From positions 416,001-480,000 of the forward strand of contig CAWANH010000028.1 in the NCBI GenBank assembly GCA_963783375.1: a stretch of 64,000 nucleotides of DNA, read 5' to 3'. The position numbers were made by a program, and so were the translations under genes. This DNA comes from Candidatus Eiseniibacteriota bacterium. Lineage in GTDB: Bacteria; Eisenbacteria; RBG-16-71-46; JABDJR01. Position 1 is the first letter of the stretch. The number at the start of each line of letters is the position of its first letter. Shown here in pieces: positions 9,798 through 19,227 of the stretch. The notes beneath the pieces were generated by a model. That model saw only the letters and a list, made by a program, of their open reading frames with translations. It was not told where the DNA came from and did not search any database.

Positions 9798-12700
9798 CGA
9801 AGCACCACCCGGGCCGCGGCCACCGGCCGCTCGTCGACGACCAGGCGCAGGAAGTAGACCCCGCGGGCGATCCCCACCCCGCGAAGATCGATGGAGACGG
9901 TGTCGGTTCCCGCCTCGAGCGGCCCGCTGAAGGGGACCGCGACTTCCCGCCCCTGGAGGTCGTACATCACGAGTCGCGCGGTTCCCCCGCGCTCCAGGTT
10001 CACCTCCACGCGACCGGCGCCGGTGAGCGGGTTGGGAAAGACCCGGAGCCGGACCGTCGGCGGGGGCGGCGTTCCTTCCGTTCCCACCTGGGTGTCGGAA
10101 GCGATGCGGATGATCCTCGCGGTGGCGTTTCCGCCGCTGGTGTCGGTGAAGGGCTCGCCGGAGCCGGTGTCCACCACGAAGAGCGCGCCGTCGGTCCCGA
10201 TCGCCAGGCAGTCGCTGGAGAAGAGGTTCCCGAAGCCCGAGGCAAGCACGCTGATCGCCCCCTGGGGGGTCACCCGGAGCACCCGCTCCAGGGCGATGTC
10301 GGCCACCAGGAGATCTCCCCCGAAGCCCCCGCCGGTGTCCACCAGGAGCGCGGACGCTCCTCCGAGAAGGGCGGCATCCTGGACGAAGGGGCTCAGGGTT
10401 CCGGCGGCGTCCACGGTCAGGATGGCCCCCGGTCCGTCGATGCTCGACGCGTAGGCGGTGAGATCGGGGTCGGCGACCAGGAGCTTCTCGCCCCCACCGA
10501 AGAGCCCCCATCCCGGGGTCACCCCTTCGAACCCGTTCACCGGGGAGGCGAAGGGGACGAAGCCCGTCCCCGGCTCGTAGCGCTCCACCCGGTTCGAGGC
10601 GCTGGTGCCGAGATACGGGTACCCCCCGAAGACCCCGGGGGGAAGCGAGGCCAGCGCCCCGGTGTTGGTGCTGCTCGTCCCGGGGGCGATCTGGCTCACC
10701 GCCCCGGCCGCGGTCACCCGGAGGAGTCCGTTCACGTCGGCCACCAGGAGATCGCCCCCCCACTGTCCGCCGTGGTCGAAGTCCAGCCCCTCGGGTTTCC
10801 CCAGCAGGGCATCGGTGGCGAGCGTCGTCACCCCGCCCACCGGGGTCACGCGAAGGATGCGGTGCCCGCCGGCGTCCCCCACGAAGAAGTCGCTCCCCCA
10901 GGCCCCGCCCTCGCCGAGGGCGATTCCCTCCGGGGTACCGAGGGCGCTCCCCGAGGCCAGAACCTCGGCATGATAGCCGGGGGCCACGGTGAGCCCGGGC
11001 GCTCCCCCCGCGATCACGAAGAACGTCTCGAAGGCGGCGGTGGGGTGGTCGCCGCCCGAAGCGGCGGTGGCGGACGGCGCCAGCCGCACGGTCAACCGGG
11101 TGCCGTCGGCGATGTCGGCGGAGGGGGTGAAGGTCACCGCGGAGTCCGCCTCCCAGGAGAAGCTCCCGGAGACCGGCGGGTCCAGGCCGAGCGCCGCCTC
11201 GACCGACGCGTGATCCATGCTCCGGTTGAAGCCCAGCCGGATGGGCGGGCGGGAGAGGCTCACGGTATCGCCGTGGGCGGGAGACTGGCTCCAGACCACC
11301 GGGGTCTCGGGCACGACCGCCGCGGACCGCACCAGAACCCGCGCCGAGCGGGCGGGCACGCTCACGTTCACCACCCCCGCCGCCTGCGCGTTCCGGCTGA
11401 AGGCCGGGTCGAGGAGATCGGCCAGCGCTTCCCCCGACGACCATCCGGTGGCCAGCGCCCCGCTCGACCGGACCGAGGTCTCGGTGTTGATCACCACCAC
11501 CACGTTCTCGCTCGCGCCGGACCGGCGGAAGGCGTAGATCCCGGGCGAGCCCTCGCTGGCCAGCTCGGTGAACCCCCCGGTCCGGAGCGCGTCGTAGTGG
11601 GCGCGGATGTCCAGCAACCGCCGGGTGGTGAGGTAGAGGGGGTGGGTCATGTTGAAGTTGTCGCCCACGCTGGGGCCGTAGTCCCACTCCCCGTCCCACA
11701 TGTCCTCGCGGTCGTAGGGATCGCCCCCGCCGTCGAACCCCTGCTCCGTCCCCTGGTAGACGCAGGGCACCCCGCGGGTGAGGAGGAGGAAGTCCAGCGC
11801 GGTCCGGAGCTTCGACCAGTCCTGGCTCGCCACCCCCGCACTCAGGAACCGCGACACGTCGTGGTTGTCGAGGAAGCCCACCAGCCGGTCGCGGGCCGCC
11901 GGGTCGTAGTCCCCCAGGTTCGCGTAGCGGTTGGTGATCTCATCGGTCGGCCCCCCCTGCCCGAAGACGTACCTCATGGTGTAGTGCATCGGGAAATAGA
12001 GGACGGAGTTGAGGGCGAAAGCGCCTCCGGCCTCGGTGCCGGTGTAGGAGCCGCACTTGGCGTCGCTCCCGTCGAACACCTCGCCGTAGAAGAAGAAGTT
12101 GCTCTTGCCGAGGCTGTCGGCGTGGGCCCGGACCGCCGGGGTCCAGGTCTGCCAGAACGCCATGTCCACGTGCTTCACGGTGTCGATCCGGAACCCGTCG
12201 CAGTCGGTGACGTCGATCAGCCACCGGGTGGCGTTCACCAGGGCGTTTCGCACCGTGGGGTCCTCGGTCTTCAGGTCGTCGAGGCCGGCCAGCTCCCCCA
12301 GCACCTGGTCGGGATCCACGTAGTTCTGGATCTCCCCGTTGTTGTGGAACCAGGCCAGGTTGTTGAAGGGGGCGGCGGGGCGGGTCGAGCTTCGCCACTT
12401 GAGGACGTAGGGGCTCGGGTTGTCGTGGAAGGTCGGATACCCCGAGGTCGTCGAGTAGATCATGTTCCCCATGTGATTGGTCACGATGTCGATGATGAGA
12501 TACATGCCGCGGGCGTGGAGGGCGTCGGCCAGGGCGCGGAGCTCGATCTGGGTCCCGAAGTGGGGGGCGATGGCCTCGAAGTCGCGGGCGGCGTAGCCGT
12601 GGTACTCCCCGTTGGCGTTCAGGACCACCGGGCTGATCCACACCGCCTTGAACCCCAGGGACTGGATGTAGTCGAGCTTCTGGAGGACCCCGGCGAAATC

Positions 12701-12928
12701 CCCGCCGTGGACGTTTCCCGGGCGCCAGGTGCCGGTGGTGGATCCGGGGTCGTAGCTCCCCTCGGCGTTGTTGTTGGAGGGATCCCCGTCCCAGAACCGG
12801 TCGGTGAAGATCTGGTAGATGGGGACGGCCCGCCAGTCGGCCGGCGACGGGGTGTACTGGGCCAGCGCGGGGCGGGCGACGCCGAGGGTCGCGGCCAGAA
12901 AGACGAGGGCGACGGTGCCGAGGCGCAT
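9794..12928 (-). CDS. Secreted GH13 alpha-amylase family protein with Ig-like (Big_5-like), beta-propeller and C-terminal sorting domains
   Basis: Signal peptide; IYQIFTDRF, GGDFAG, DGFRIDTVKH, GEVF, FLDNHD catalytic motifs; PEG/VAD propeller repeats; VFPNP...YDLQGR...GVYFLRL tail. Confidence 0.92.
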   Translation of the reverse strand: MRLGTVALVFLAATLGVARPALAQYTPSPADWRAVPIYQIFTDRFWDGDPSNNNAEGSYDPGSTTGTWRPGNVHGGDFAGVLQKLDYIQSLGFKAVWISPVVLNANGEYHGYAARDFEAIAPHFGTQIELRALADALHARGMYLIIDIVTNHMGNMIYSTTSGYPTFHDNPSPYVLKWRSSTRPAAPFNNLAWFHNNGEIQNYVDPDQVLGELAGLDDLKTEDPTVRNALVNATRWLIDVTDCDGFRIDTVKHVDMAFWQTWTPAVRAHADSLGKSNFFFYGEVFDGSDAKCGSYTGTEAGGAFALNSVLYFPMHYTMRYVFGQGGPTDEITNRYANLGDYDPAARDRLVGFLDNHDVSRFLSAGVASQDWSKLRTALDFLLLTRGVPCVYQGTEQGFDGGGDPYDREDMWDGEWDYGPSVGDNFNMTHPLYLTTRRLLDIRAHYDALRTGGFTELASEGSPGIYAFRRSGASENVVVVINTETSVRSSGALATGWSSGEALADLLDPAFSRNAQAAGVVNVSVPARSARVLVRSAAVVPETPVVWSQSPAHGDTVSLSRPPIRLGFNRSMDHASVEAALGLDPPVSGSFSWEADSAVTFTPSADIADGTRLTVRLAPSATAASGGDHPTAAFETFFVIAGGAPGLTVAPGYHAEVLASGSALGTPEGIALGEGGAWGSDFFVGDAGGHRILRVTPVGGVTTLATDALLGKPEGLDFDHGGQWGGDLLVADVNGLLRVTAAGAVSQIAPGTSSTNTGALASLPPGVFGGYPYLGTSASNRVERYEPGTGFVPFASPVNGFEGVTPGWGLFGGGEKLLVADPDLTAYASSIDGPGAILTVDAAGTLSPFVQDAALLGGASALLVDTGGGFGGDLLVADIALERVLRVTPQGAISVLASGFGNLFSSDCLAIGTDGALFVVDTGSGEPFTDTSGGNATARIIRIASDTQVGTEGTPPPPTVRLRVFPNPLTGAGRVEVNLERGGTARLVMYDLQGREVAVPFSGPLEAGTDTVSIDLRGVGIARGVYFLRLVVDERPVAAARVVLR

Positions 12929-13061
12929 GGAGTCTCCGGGGTGAATTTGGGGGATTCCGGGGCCGGGGAAACCCTGATTCTACCACGACGCCGCAGGCTT
13001 GGACCGGTCCAACCGGGGTCGCCGGGAGCGGCATCTCGCCGGTCGAACACCGCGATTCCGG

Positions 13062-14021
13062 TCAGTTCCCGCCCGCGGGGGGATCCACCAGAACCTCGTC
13101 CATGATCCGGCCCTCCGCCGGAATCCGCCCCAGCCCCAGGATGTAAGCCACGGTGACCGCGACATCCTCCTGGCAGTGCGGCCGGTCGCTGACCGTCCCC
13201 GCCCGGATGTCCGGCCCGATGGCCACGAAGGGGAGAGCCCGGCACCCCGGGCAATCGTCCCCATGGTTCGAGAACCCGCCGTGGGCATCGTCGTGCCGGC
13301 CATGATCGGCGGTCACGAAGAGATCGGTGTCTCCGGCCAGGATCGAATCGGATTGAATCGCGATCCATAGCGCGCCGACCAGGGAATCCGCCCCGGCCAG
13401 GGCGCGGAGGTACCGGGCCCAATCTCCGGAGTGGCCGGCCATGTCCACCGACGCGAAGTTGATGCAGGTGAAGACCGGGCGGGGCGTCCGGGTGAGGGCG
13501 CGGATCGCCGCCGCGTAGGTGAGCGTGTCGGCGCGCAGCGTATCGTCCGAGGCCGCCTGGTAGGCCTCCCCGAACCCGGGATCGGTGCTGAAGCAGAGGC
13601 TTCGGAGCTTGTCCTTCCCCCCCACCATCCAGACCGCTCCGCCTTGTAGGCCACGGGCCTTCCGCAGCCGCTCGAAGAGGGTGGGGCGGGTCGGATGCTC
13701 GGAGCCGTTGTTGGCGATGGGTTGGGGGTCGCCGGTCAAAAGCGCGCCGTGGCCGCACATGGTTACGGTTCGATCGCAATTCCGGAACGCGGTGGCGCGG
13801 GCCCCCCGGGGGGCGAGCACCGTGGCCAGGACGCGGGCGTTCGGGGTCCCCGGCTCGTCCAGGAACTCGGTGTGGCGGGGGCCGTCGATCACCACCAGGA
13901 CCACGTGGCCCGCGGCGAGGCCTCGCTGGGGCGATCCGAAGAGCCCGAGCAGGAGAATCAGCGCGGCGAGCCGCGCGCGGCCCCGGCCCCCGCGGAACCA
14001 GGGAGGTTGAAATTGGGTCAT
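13062..14021 (-). CDS. Alkaline phosphatase superfamily protein (phosphodiesterase/sulfatase-like), exported
   Basis: VVIDG, TMCGH, VDMAGH, TADHG metal-binding motifs; signal-like N-terminus. Confidence 0.8.
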   Translation of the reverse strand: MTQFQPPWFRGGRGRARLAALILLLGLFGSPQRGLAAGHVVLVVIDGPRHTEFLDEPGTPNARVLATVLAPRGARATAFRNCDRTVTMCGHGALLTGDPQPIANNGSEHPTRPTLFERLRKARGLQGGAVWMVGGKDKLRSLCFSTDPGFGEAYQAASDDTLRADTLTYAAAIRALTRTPRPVFTCINFASVDMAGHSGDWARYLRALAGADSLVGALWIAIQSDSILAGDTDLFVTADHGRHDDAHGGFSNHGDDCPGCRALPFVAIGPDIRAGTVSDRPHCQEDVAVTVAYILGLGRIPAEGRIMDEVLVDPPAGGN

Positions 14022-14237
14022 CCAGCCCTCCGACATTGCAAAAGCCGAAACTCAACCCTATAGTCGCCGGGATCACACGCCGATCCCAGGGTCGAGGACC
14101 CAGCCTGCGGGGGGGCAGGCGCGAAACGGGTCGGCGTCCCCTCCAAGAGCGACTTCAACATCCCAGACGGCCTCAACATACCCGGGCTCGAGCAGGAAAG
14201 CGAGAAGGTGGCGAGTACAACCCGCAGATCGACGTTC

Positions 14238-15212
14238 ATGACCCGAGGTGCAGGACGCTTCCGCATCTTCACGGGATTGTGCCTGGCCGCAGCCGCCTTC
14301 ACCCTCCTGCTTCCGGTTCCCCTCCGCGCCGACTTCGCGGTCTTCCGCGCCCCCTCTCACATCTTGAGCCTCTTCGCGCTACCGGGAGAGACGGTTCCCT
14401 TCGACCTGGCCACCTACGCGGGGGCCGCCCCCCAGCTCCTCCCCCGCTACCGGATCGAGGCTTCGCCAGGGATCCGCGTCGAGCTGGGGTCCGACATGAA
14501 GTTCCTCCTCACCTCCCCCGACGAGGCGGGAATCTATCCGGTGACGTTCCAGGAAGTGACCGAACCCGGTGTGCCCCAACCGCTTCCCTACCGGGTGCAG
14601 CTCGTGGTCATGCGCCCGGCGGCCGAGGCGACGAACGGGTTGCTCGACGGGTACCCGGTGGGCCGGTACCCCGCCGACGATTCCCACGAGCCCTGGGCGT
14701 TCCAGCGGCCCCGGGGATTCATCGAGGTGACCCCCGAGAACGAGAACACGCTCTTGAGCGACCACATCACCCTGGCCGACCTCCAGTGCCACCTGGCGGC
14801 GCCCTTCCCCCACTTCTTGGCCACCCAGACCTCGCTCCTGGTGAAGCTCGAAGGGATCGCCGACGAGCTGCTTCAGCGCGGGCTTCCCGGGGACCACATC
14901 AAGGTCATGAGCGGGTTCCGGACCCCCGAGTACAATCGGGAGATCGGGAACCGGACCACCTACAGCCGGCACATCGCCGGGGACGCCGCCGACATCTTCA
15001 TCGACAAGGATGGGGACGGGAGGATGGACGACCTCAACCACGACGGCCGCGTGAACAGCCGCGACGCCCGCTTGTTGCTGGCCCTCGTGGAGAGGATGGA
15101 CGAATCCGAGGCCTATGGTCCCCTGGTGGGTGGGGCTTCCGCCTACCGGGCCAACCGCGAGCACGGCCCCTTCGTCCACGTGGACACCCGGGGGTACCCC
15201 GCCCGCTGGTGA
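14238..15212 (+). CDS. Peptidase M15A-like (D-Ala-D-Ala carboxypeptidase family) exported metallopeptidase
   Basis: SGFRTPEYN, SRHIAGDAAD, FVHVD Zn ligands; DxDxDG Ca-binding-like insert; signal peptide. Confidence 0.85.
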   Translation: MTRGAGRFRIFTGLCLAAAAFTLLLPVPLRADFAVFRAPSHILSLFALPGETVPFDLATYAGAAPQLLPRYRIEASPGIRVELGSDMKFLLTSPDEAGIYPVTFQEVTEPGVPQPLPYRVQLVVMRPAAEATNGLLDGYPVGRYPADDSHEPWAFQRPRGFIEVTPENENTLLSDHITLADLQCHLAAPFPHFLATQTSLLVKLEGIADELLQRGLPGDHIKVMSGFRTPEYNREIGNRTTYSRHIAGDAADIFIDKDGDGRMDDLNHDGRVNSRDARLLLALVERMDESEAYGPLVGGASAYRANREHGPFVHVDTRGYPARW

Positions 15213-15394
15213 CCGCTCCGGCCGGGACCGGCCGGCCGACTCTCTGCGCTCCTAACCCACTCTGATCCAACGAGTTGATTCATCCCCGACGACGATCCGT
15301 CGTCCGGTACAACCCCCCGTTCCCCTCAAGGCCGAACGCGTTCCGTCCGATAAGCAAGATGAGGTCGGATTCTCTTGCCTTGGGACGCAGACCC

Positions 15395-16825
15395 GTGAAA
15401 CCCAAAGTCAAATTCATCGTCGGACTGGTCATCGCCGCGGCAATCCTGGTCGCGACGATCCCGGCATTGGCCATGCGTTCCCTGGACCCATGGCAGATCG
15501 TGCTTTGGATGACGGTCTGCATGTTGAGCGAGCTCTTCTGGGTGAAGACTCCGAGCGGGGACTCCGTTCAGAGCCTCTCGCCGACCGCCCAGCTCGCGGC
15601 GGTGATCATCCTCGACCCGCGACTTGCCCTGATCGTCATCCTTGCCAGCACGACGCTCGGGAATCTCCTGTTCAGACGCCCCAAGTGGTATCGCGCCCTC
15701 TACAACGGGTCCCAGTTGATGCTCGCCAGCGCGGGGGCGGCCCTCGTCTACCACTTGATCAGCGGCACCCACGCGCTCGATGCATTCCAACTCTCGGGTC
15801 AGGCACGGGCGTTGGCCGTGGCCGATACGCTGGCGGATCGGCGGTTCGTGCTCGGCTTTCTCGCGGGAGGCATCGCCTACACCGTCGTCAACAGCACGCT
15901 CATGGCCTGGCTCATGAACGCGATGACCGGCCGGAAGATGCTCGTCCTGTGGAAAGAGAACTGTCTCTACCCCGAGGAAATCCAGAGCACCCTGGCCCTC
16001 ATTCTCCTGACCCCGCTCCTGGTGCTTCTCTACGGCACCCTGGGGATCTCGGGTCTTGTGGTTCTCTTCGCCTGTCTGGCCCTGGTGCACCAGGCCAATC
16101 GGCGCTACCGCGCGGTGGTCCGGGCCCAGGACAATCTCATTCGCTCCGAACGGATGGCGGCCATGGGCGAGATGGCCGAGGAGATCGGGCGGAGCCTGGG
16201 CAACTATCTGAACGAGCTCAAGGTGAGCGCCCATCGCCTGTTCCAGAAGGCCCGTCATGCCGAGACCGAGCGCATACTCAAGAGCGCGGAGATCATCCAC
16301 GTCAACGTGGACAACATGTCGGCGCTGGTGGACGGCCTCGCCGCGTTCTCTCACCGGGAGACCAACCGGGTTCCCACCGACCTCAACGAGCTGATGCGCC
16401 GGACCATCGACTTCGTTCGCCCCCAGAACCGGTTCGATGCCATCCGGTTCAAGTTCACCCCGGATCCGATCCTTCCCACCGTGAACGTCGACCCCGCACA
16501 GCTGCAACAGGTGTTCATCAATCTCCTCAGCAACGCGGCCGATGCCCTGGCCGAAGTGGACCGGCGGGTCAAGAAGATCTTCGTGGAGACGATCTACGAT
16601 CCCAACTCCCAGCGGATCCTGATCACCCTGTGCGACAACGGGCCGGGGATCCCCGACGCCAATCTCGAGCGCATCTTCGAGCCGCACTTCACCACCAAGG
16701 TGACCGGCCACGGGTTCGGTCTTTCCACCGTCTTCCGTATCACCGCCAATCACAAGGGGCGCATCCAGGCCGAGAACGTCCCGGGAGGCGGCGCGCGCTT
16801 CGTCCTCGATCTTCCGAACGCCTGA
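15395..16825 (+). CDS. Multi-TM sensor histidine-kinase-like protein (HATPase_c intact, H-box degenerate)
   Basis: About 7-8 TM N-terminus (MASE9-like); QQVFINLLSNA, DNGPGI, IFEPHFTTK, GHGFGL; H-box reads MAEEIGRSLGNYL; start may be 15359. Confidence 0.85.
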   Translation: MKPKVKFIVGLVIAAAILVATIPALAMRSLDPWQIVLWMTVCMLSELFWVKTPSGDSVQSLSPTAQLAAVIILDPRLALIVILASTTLGNLLFRRPKWYRALYNGSQLMLASAGAALVYHLISGTHALDAFQLSGQARALAVADTLADRRFVLGFLAGGIAYTVVNSTLMAWLMNAMTGRKMLVLWKENCLYPEEIQSTLALILLTPLLVLLYGTLGISGLVVLFACLALVHQANRRYRAVVRAQDNLIRSERMAAMGEMAEEIGRSLGNYLNELKVSAHRLFQKARHAETERILKSAEIIHVNVDNMSALVDGLAAFSHRETNRVPTDLNELMRRTIDFVRPQNRFDAIRFKFTPDPILPTVNVDPAQLQQVFINLLSNAADALAEVDRRVKKIFVETIYDPNSQRILITLCDNGPGIPDANLERIFEPHFTTKVTGHGFGLSTVFRITANHKGRIQAENVPGGGARFVLDLPNA

Positions 16826-17049
16826 TCCCTCCACCGGTCCAGCTGTCGCCATTCATTGACTGGTATCGTCGTCAATAGATGACATAGAGCTATCTACTTG
16901 TTTCCCAGTTAATTAGGTCGGATCATCCAGGTCTGGTCAAAGATCGTTTACGCCTCGAGGCCTGAGCCCCCCTTCCCCCCAGCCCCGTAGCCAATCTGTA
17001 ACTTGTTGCGGATTCAAGCGTTGAGTCAATTCCCCCGGCCCCATTGCAT

Positions 17050-17066
17050 TCGGCACGATGGTTGCG
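17050..17066 (+). promoter_or_regulatory. Putative sigma54 (-24/-12) promoter
   Basis: TCGGCACGATGGTTGCG has exact GG-N10-GC spacing and is close to the TGGCACG-N4-TTGC consensus. Confidence 0.75.
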
Positions 17067-17133
17067 TATTAGGTGGGCGTGGTTGGCGCGAGTCTCTGAA
17101 AACCAACGAAGAACAAGGAAGGGGGAACGCAAC

Positions 17134-17226
17134 ATGTTCAGCATCATCAATCACGCCATGTCGCTCACCGGTGCGTGGGAGTGGCTCGGTGCCTGGGAAT
17201 GGCTTGGCGCCTGGGAGTGGATCTAG
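17134..17226 (+). CDS. 30-aa Trp-rich peptide MFSIINHAMSLT-GAWEWL-GAWEWL-GAWEWI
   Basis: Purine-rich RBS AAGGAAGGGGGA; the three 18-nt repeats differ almost only at synonymous third positions; hairpin 17234-17256 right after the stop. Confidence 0.75.
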   Translation: MFSIINHAMSLTGAWEWLGAWEWLGAWEWI

Positions 17227-17383
17227 CCAAGCGGGCGGGGGCTCCTAGCCCCCGCCAGGTTATCTGATCGCTTCGGCCGCTGGAGGGGGAGCTTCCGAGC
17301 CCAACGGAAGCATTGACCGGCGACCGGACCAGTTTGGAGCCTGGGTGGTGCAAGCTTCCGGGAACGCACTGCCCGCGGCTCGT

Positions 17384-17421
17384 CTACGGGGCCAATCCCC
17401 TGTGGCCCCGTAGTTTTTTTT
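17384..17421 (+). terminator. Intrinsic terminator
   Basis: CTACGGGGCCA/TGGCCCCGTAG stem followed by T8. Confidence 0.9.
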
Positions 17422-17598
17422 GTATCCCACCTCTTCCCACCCTGCTCCGGGCCGCCTGGAAGTTCAACCCCAGGGCGCCGCACTGGGGGCCAATTCCCAC
17501 GATCCCGCCTCCCGGCCCCTGGCCGCGCAAGCCACCCTGGATCCGGTCGATATAGAGGGTGATATCCGAGAACCCGAATCCCGACCCGAAGGACATTC

Positions 17599-19212
17599 AT
17601 GCCGACGCCGCCGACCCTGGTGGATGAGACCTCCCTCGTAGCCGTCGATCTCACCGCGCCCGCCCCTCTGGCCGCCGCGGCGAACCTGCTCCTGCGCTCG
17701 GCGATGGCCTCGACCCGGATTCGGGAGGTGGAGATACTGGCCGCGGAGGAGATCCCCCGCGAGCGGGCCCGGCGCCTGGCCGAGGTCTTTCGCAAGCTCA
17801 CCGCCGACGAGTCGGTCGAGATGCTGATGGCGGCGGGAAAACTGGCCCTGCGCCAGGAGCCGGCGGGTCTCAGAACCCTGCTGGGATTCCTGGAGGTGAA
17901 GCGGCCCGGGGTGGAAGTGCTCCGCCAGCTTCGCCTCCTCTCCAGCCTCGAGCGCGTCTCGCTCAGGATCGTGGCCGGCAGCTGGACCGAGCCGGACTCC
18001 TCCGGGCAGGTGGAATCGGTCTACCCGATTCTGGAGGCCATCCAGGAGGGAGCGCGCATCGGCGCCCTGGACCTGGGACTGGAACAGCTCCCGCGTTCGG
18101 TTCCGGCCGTGCGCTCGCTCTACGACCACGTCCGTCGCTGGTTCCGGTCCATGGAGACGGAGCTGGAGTCGGGACGGAGGCTCGCCCCCGACAGCCTCAA
18201 CTTCATCGCCCAGCTGGCCATGGTCGAGATCTCCCTCATGGAGAAGCGGGTATCGGGCCTGGCCGGCTCCATCGACCCCTACGACGTTCGCGGGATGGGG
18301 CGCTTGATGCCGATCCTGAGTCGCTACGACCAGGACATCGAGCACATGAAGAGCGTGGTCTCCCGGCTCACCACCTACCAGCCCTTCTTCGACCGCCTCC
18401 TGACCCTGGAACACGCGCTCTCGGGAAGCGAAATGGACAAGATCCAGAAGCTCCTTCTACGCGATCCGGTCGGCTCCCCCGTCGGGTTGATCCTCAAGGG
18501 GATGCGTGAGAACCCGATCCTGGACCGCGAGTTCACGTTCATGGTTTCCCTGGTCCATCAGATCGCGACGCTCCGGAGCCAGGTGATCGAGAACACGCCC
18601 CGCCTCGACCTGCTGTCCGTCCTGCTCCACGTGGTGCGCCACGGACGGGGGGGAACCGGCGTCCGGTTGATCATGGAGGAGGAGGTGACCGACCGGATCT
18701 GGCCCACGGTCCAGAACTGGGGGGTGCTACGCCGGTCCCCAAGCTCGCTCGAGGTGCGCTACCGCGAGGATCGGGCCCTGGACTTCATCCAGGCCGACGG
18801 GACCCCGAACCTCCCCGAGCGCCCCGAGGAACGGAAGGCGCCGGATCTCACCCTGAAGGAGCTGGTGCGGCTGCAGCTCGGGAACGAGCCCTTCATTCTG
18901 GGGGTCCTGGACAACCCCAAGGCCACCTCGGTCCCCGGCCTGGTCCCCATGATCGTGAACTCCACGCGGAGCCTTCGCATCCTGGACCGCATCATGAGAG
19001 ATCGCACGCTCTATACCGGATCCGCCAACAAGGAGGTGCCGAGACTCCTCCTGACCAGCCCGGCCCGCATTCCCCTCAACAGCCTGAAGCGGTTCATCCA
19101 CGTGCGATTCGTGACCAAGATGGATCTGTCCAGGCTCTCCCGGCATGGGGGAGATATCCGGTCCGAGGTGAGGCGGGAGATCGACAAGTACCTGGCCAGC
19201 CTGCGGAAATAG
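17599..19212 (+). CDS. Hypothetical helical protein, 537 aa
   Basis: Long ORF with host-like codon usage and RBS AAGGA; no recognised catalytic motif. Confidence 0.75.
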   Translation: MPTPPTLVDETSLVAVDLTAPAPLAAAANLLLRSAMASTRIREVEILAAEEIPRERARRLAEVFRKLTADESVEMLMAAGKLALRQEPAGLRTLLGFLEVKRPGVEVLRQLRLLSSLERVSLRIVAGSWTEPDSSGQVESVYPILEAIQEGARIGALDLGLEQLPRSVPAVRSLYDHVRRWFRSMETELESGRRLAPDSLNFIAQLAMVEISLMEKRVSGLAGSIDPYDVRGMGRLMPILSRYDQDIEHMKSVVSRLTTYQPFFDRLLTLEHALSGSEMDKIQKLLLRDPVGSPVGLILKGMRENPILDREFTFMVSLVHQIATLRSQVIENTPRLDLLSVLLHVVRHGRGGTGVRLIMEEEVTDRIWPTVQNWGVLRRSPSSLEVRYREDRALDFIQADGTPNLPERPEERKAPDLTLKELVRLQLGNEPFILGVLDNPKATSVPGLVPMIVNSTRSLRILDRIMRDRTLYTGSANKEVPRLLLTSPARIPLNSLKRFIHVRFVTKMDLSRLSRHGGDIRSEVRREIDKYLASLRK

Positions 19213-19227
19213 ACCCGGGGACCGGTC

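Noticed and set aside
9135-11699. 854-aa ORF overlapping the amylase
   Set aside because: Only the last ~220 codons look like a real protein; the rest is an alternate frame of the amylase
17170-17223. CRISPR-like or simple DNA tandem repeat
   Set aside because: Units are contiguous without spacers and vary at codon third positions; no cas genes in the window
17134-17226. Classical trp operon attenuator
   Set aside because: No trp biosynthesis or transport gene downstream, Trp codons are not tandem and the promoter looks sigma54-type; kept only as a secondary hypothesis
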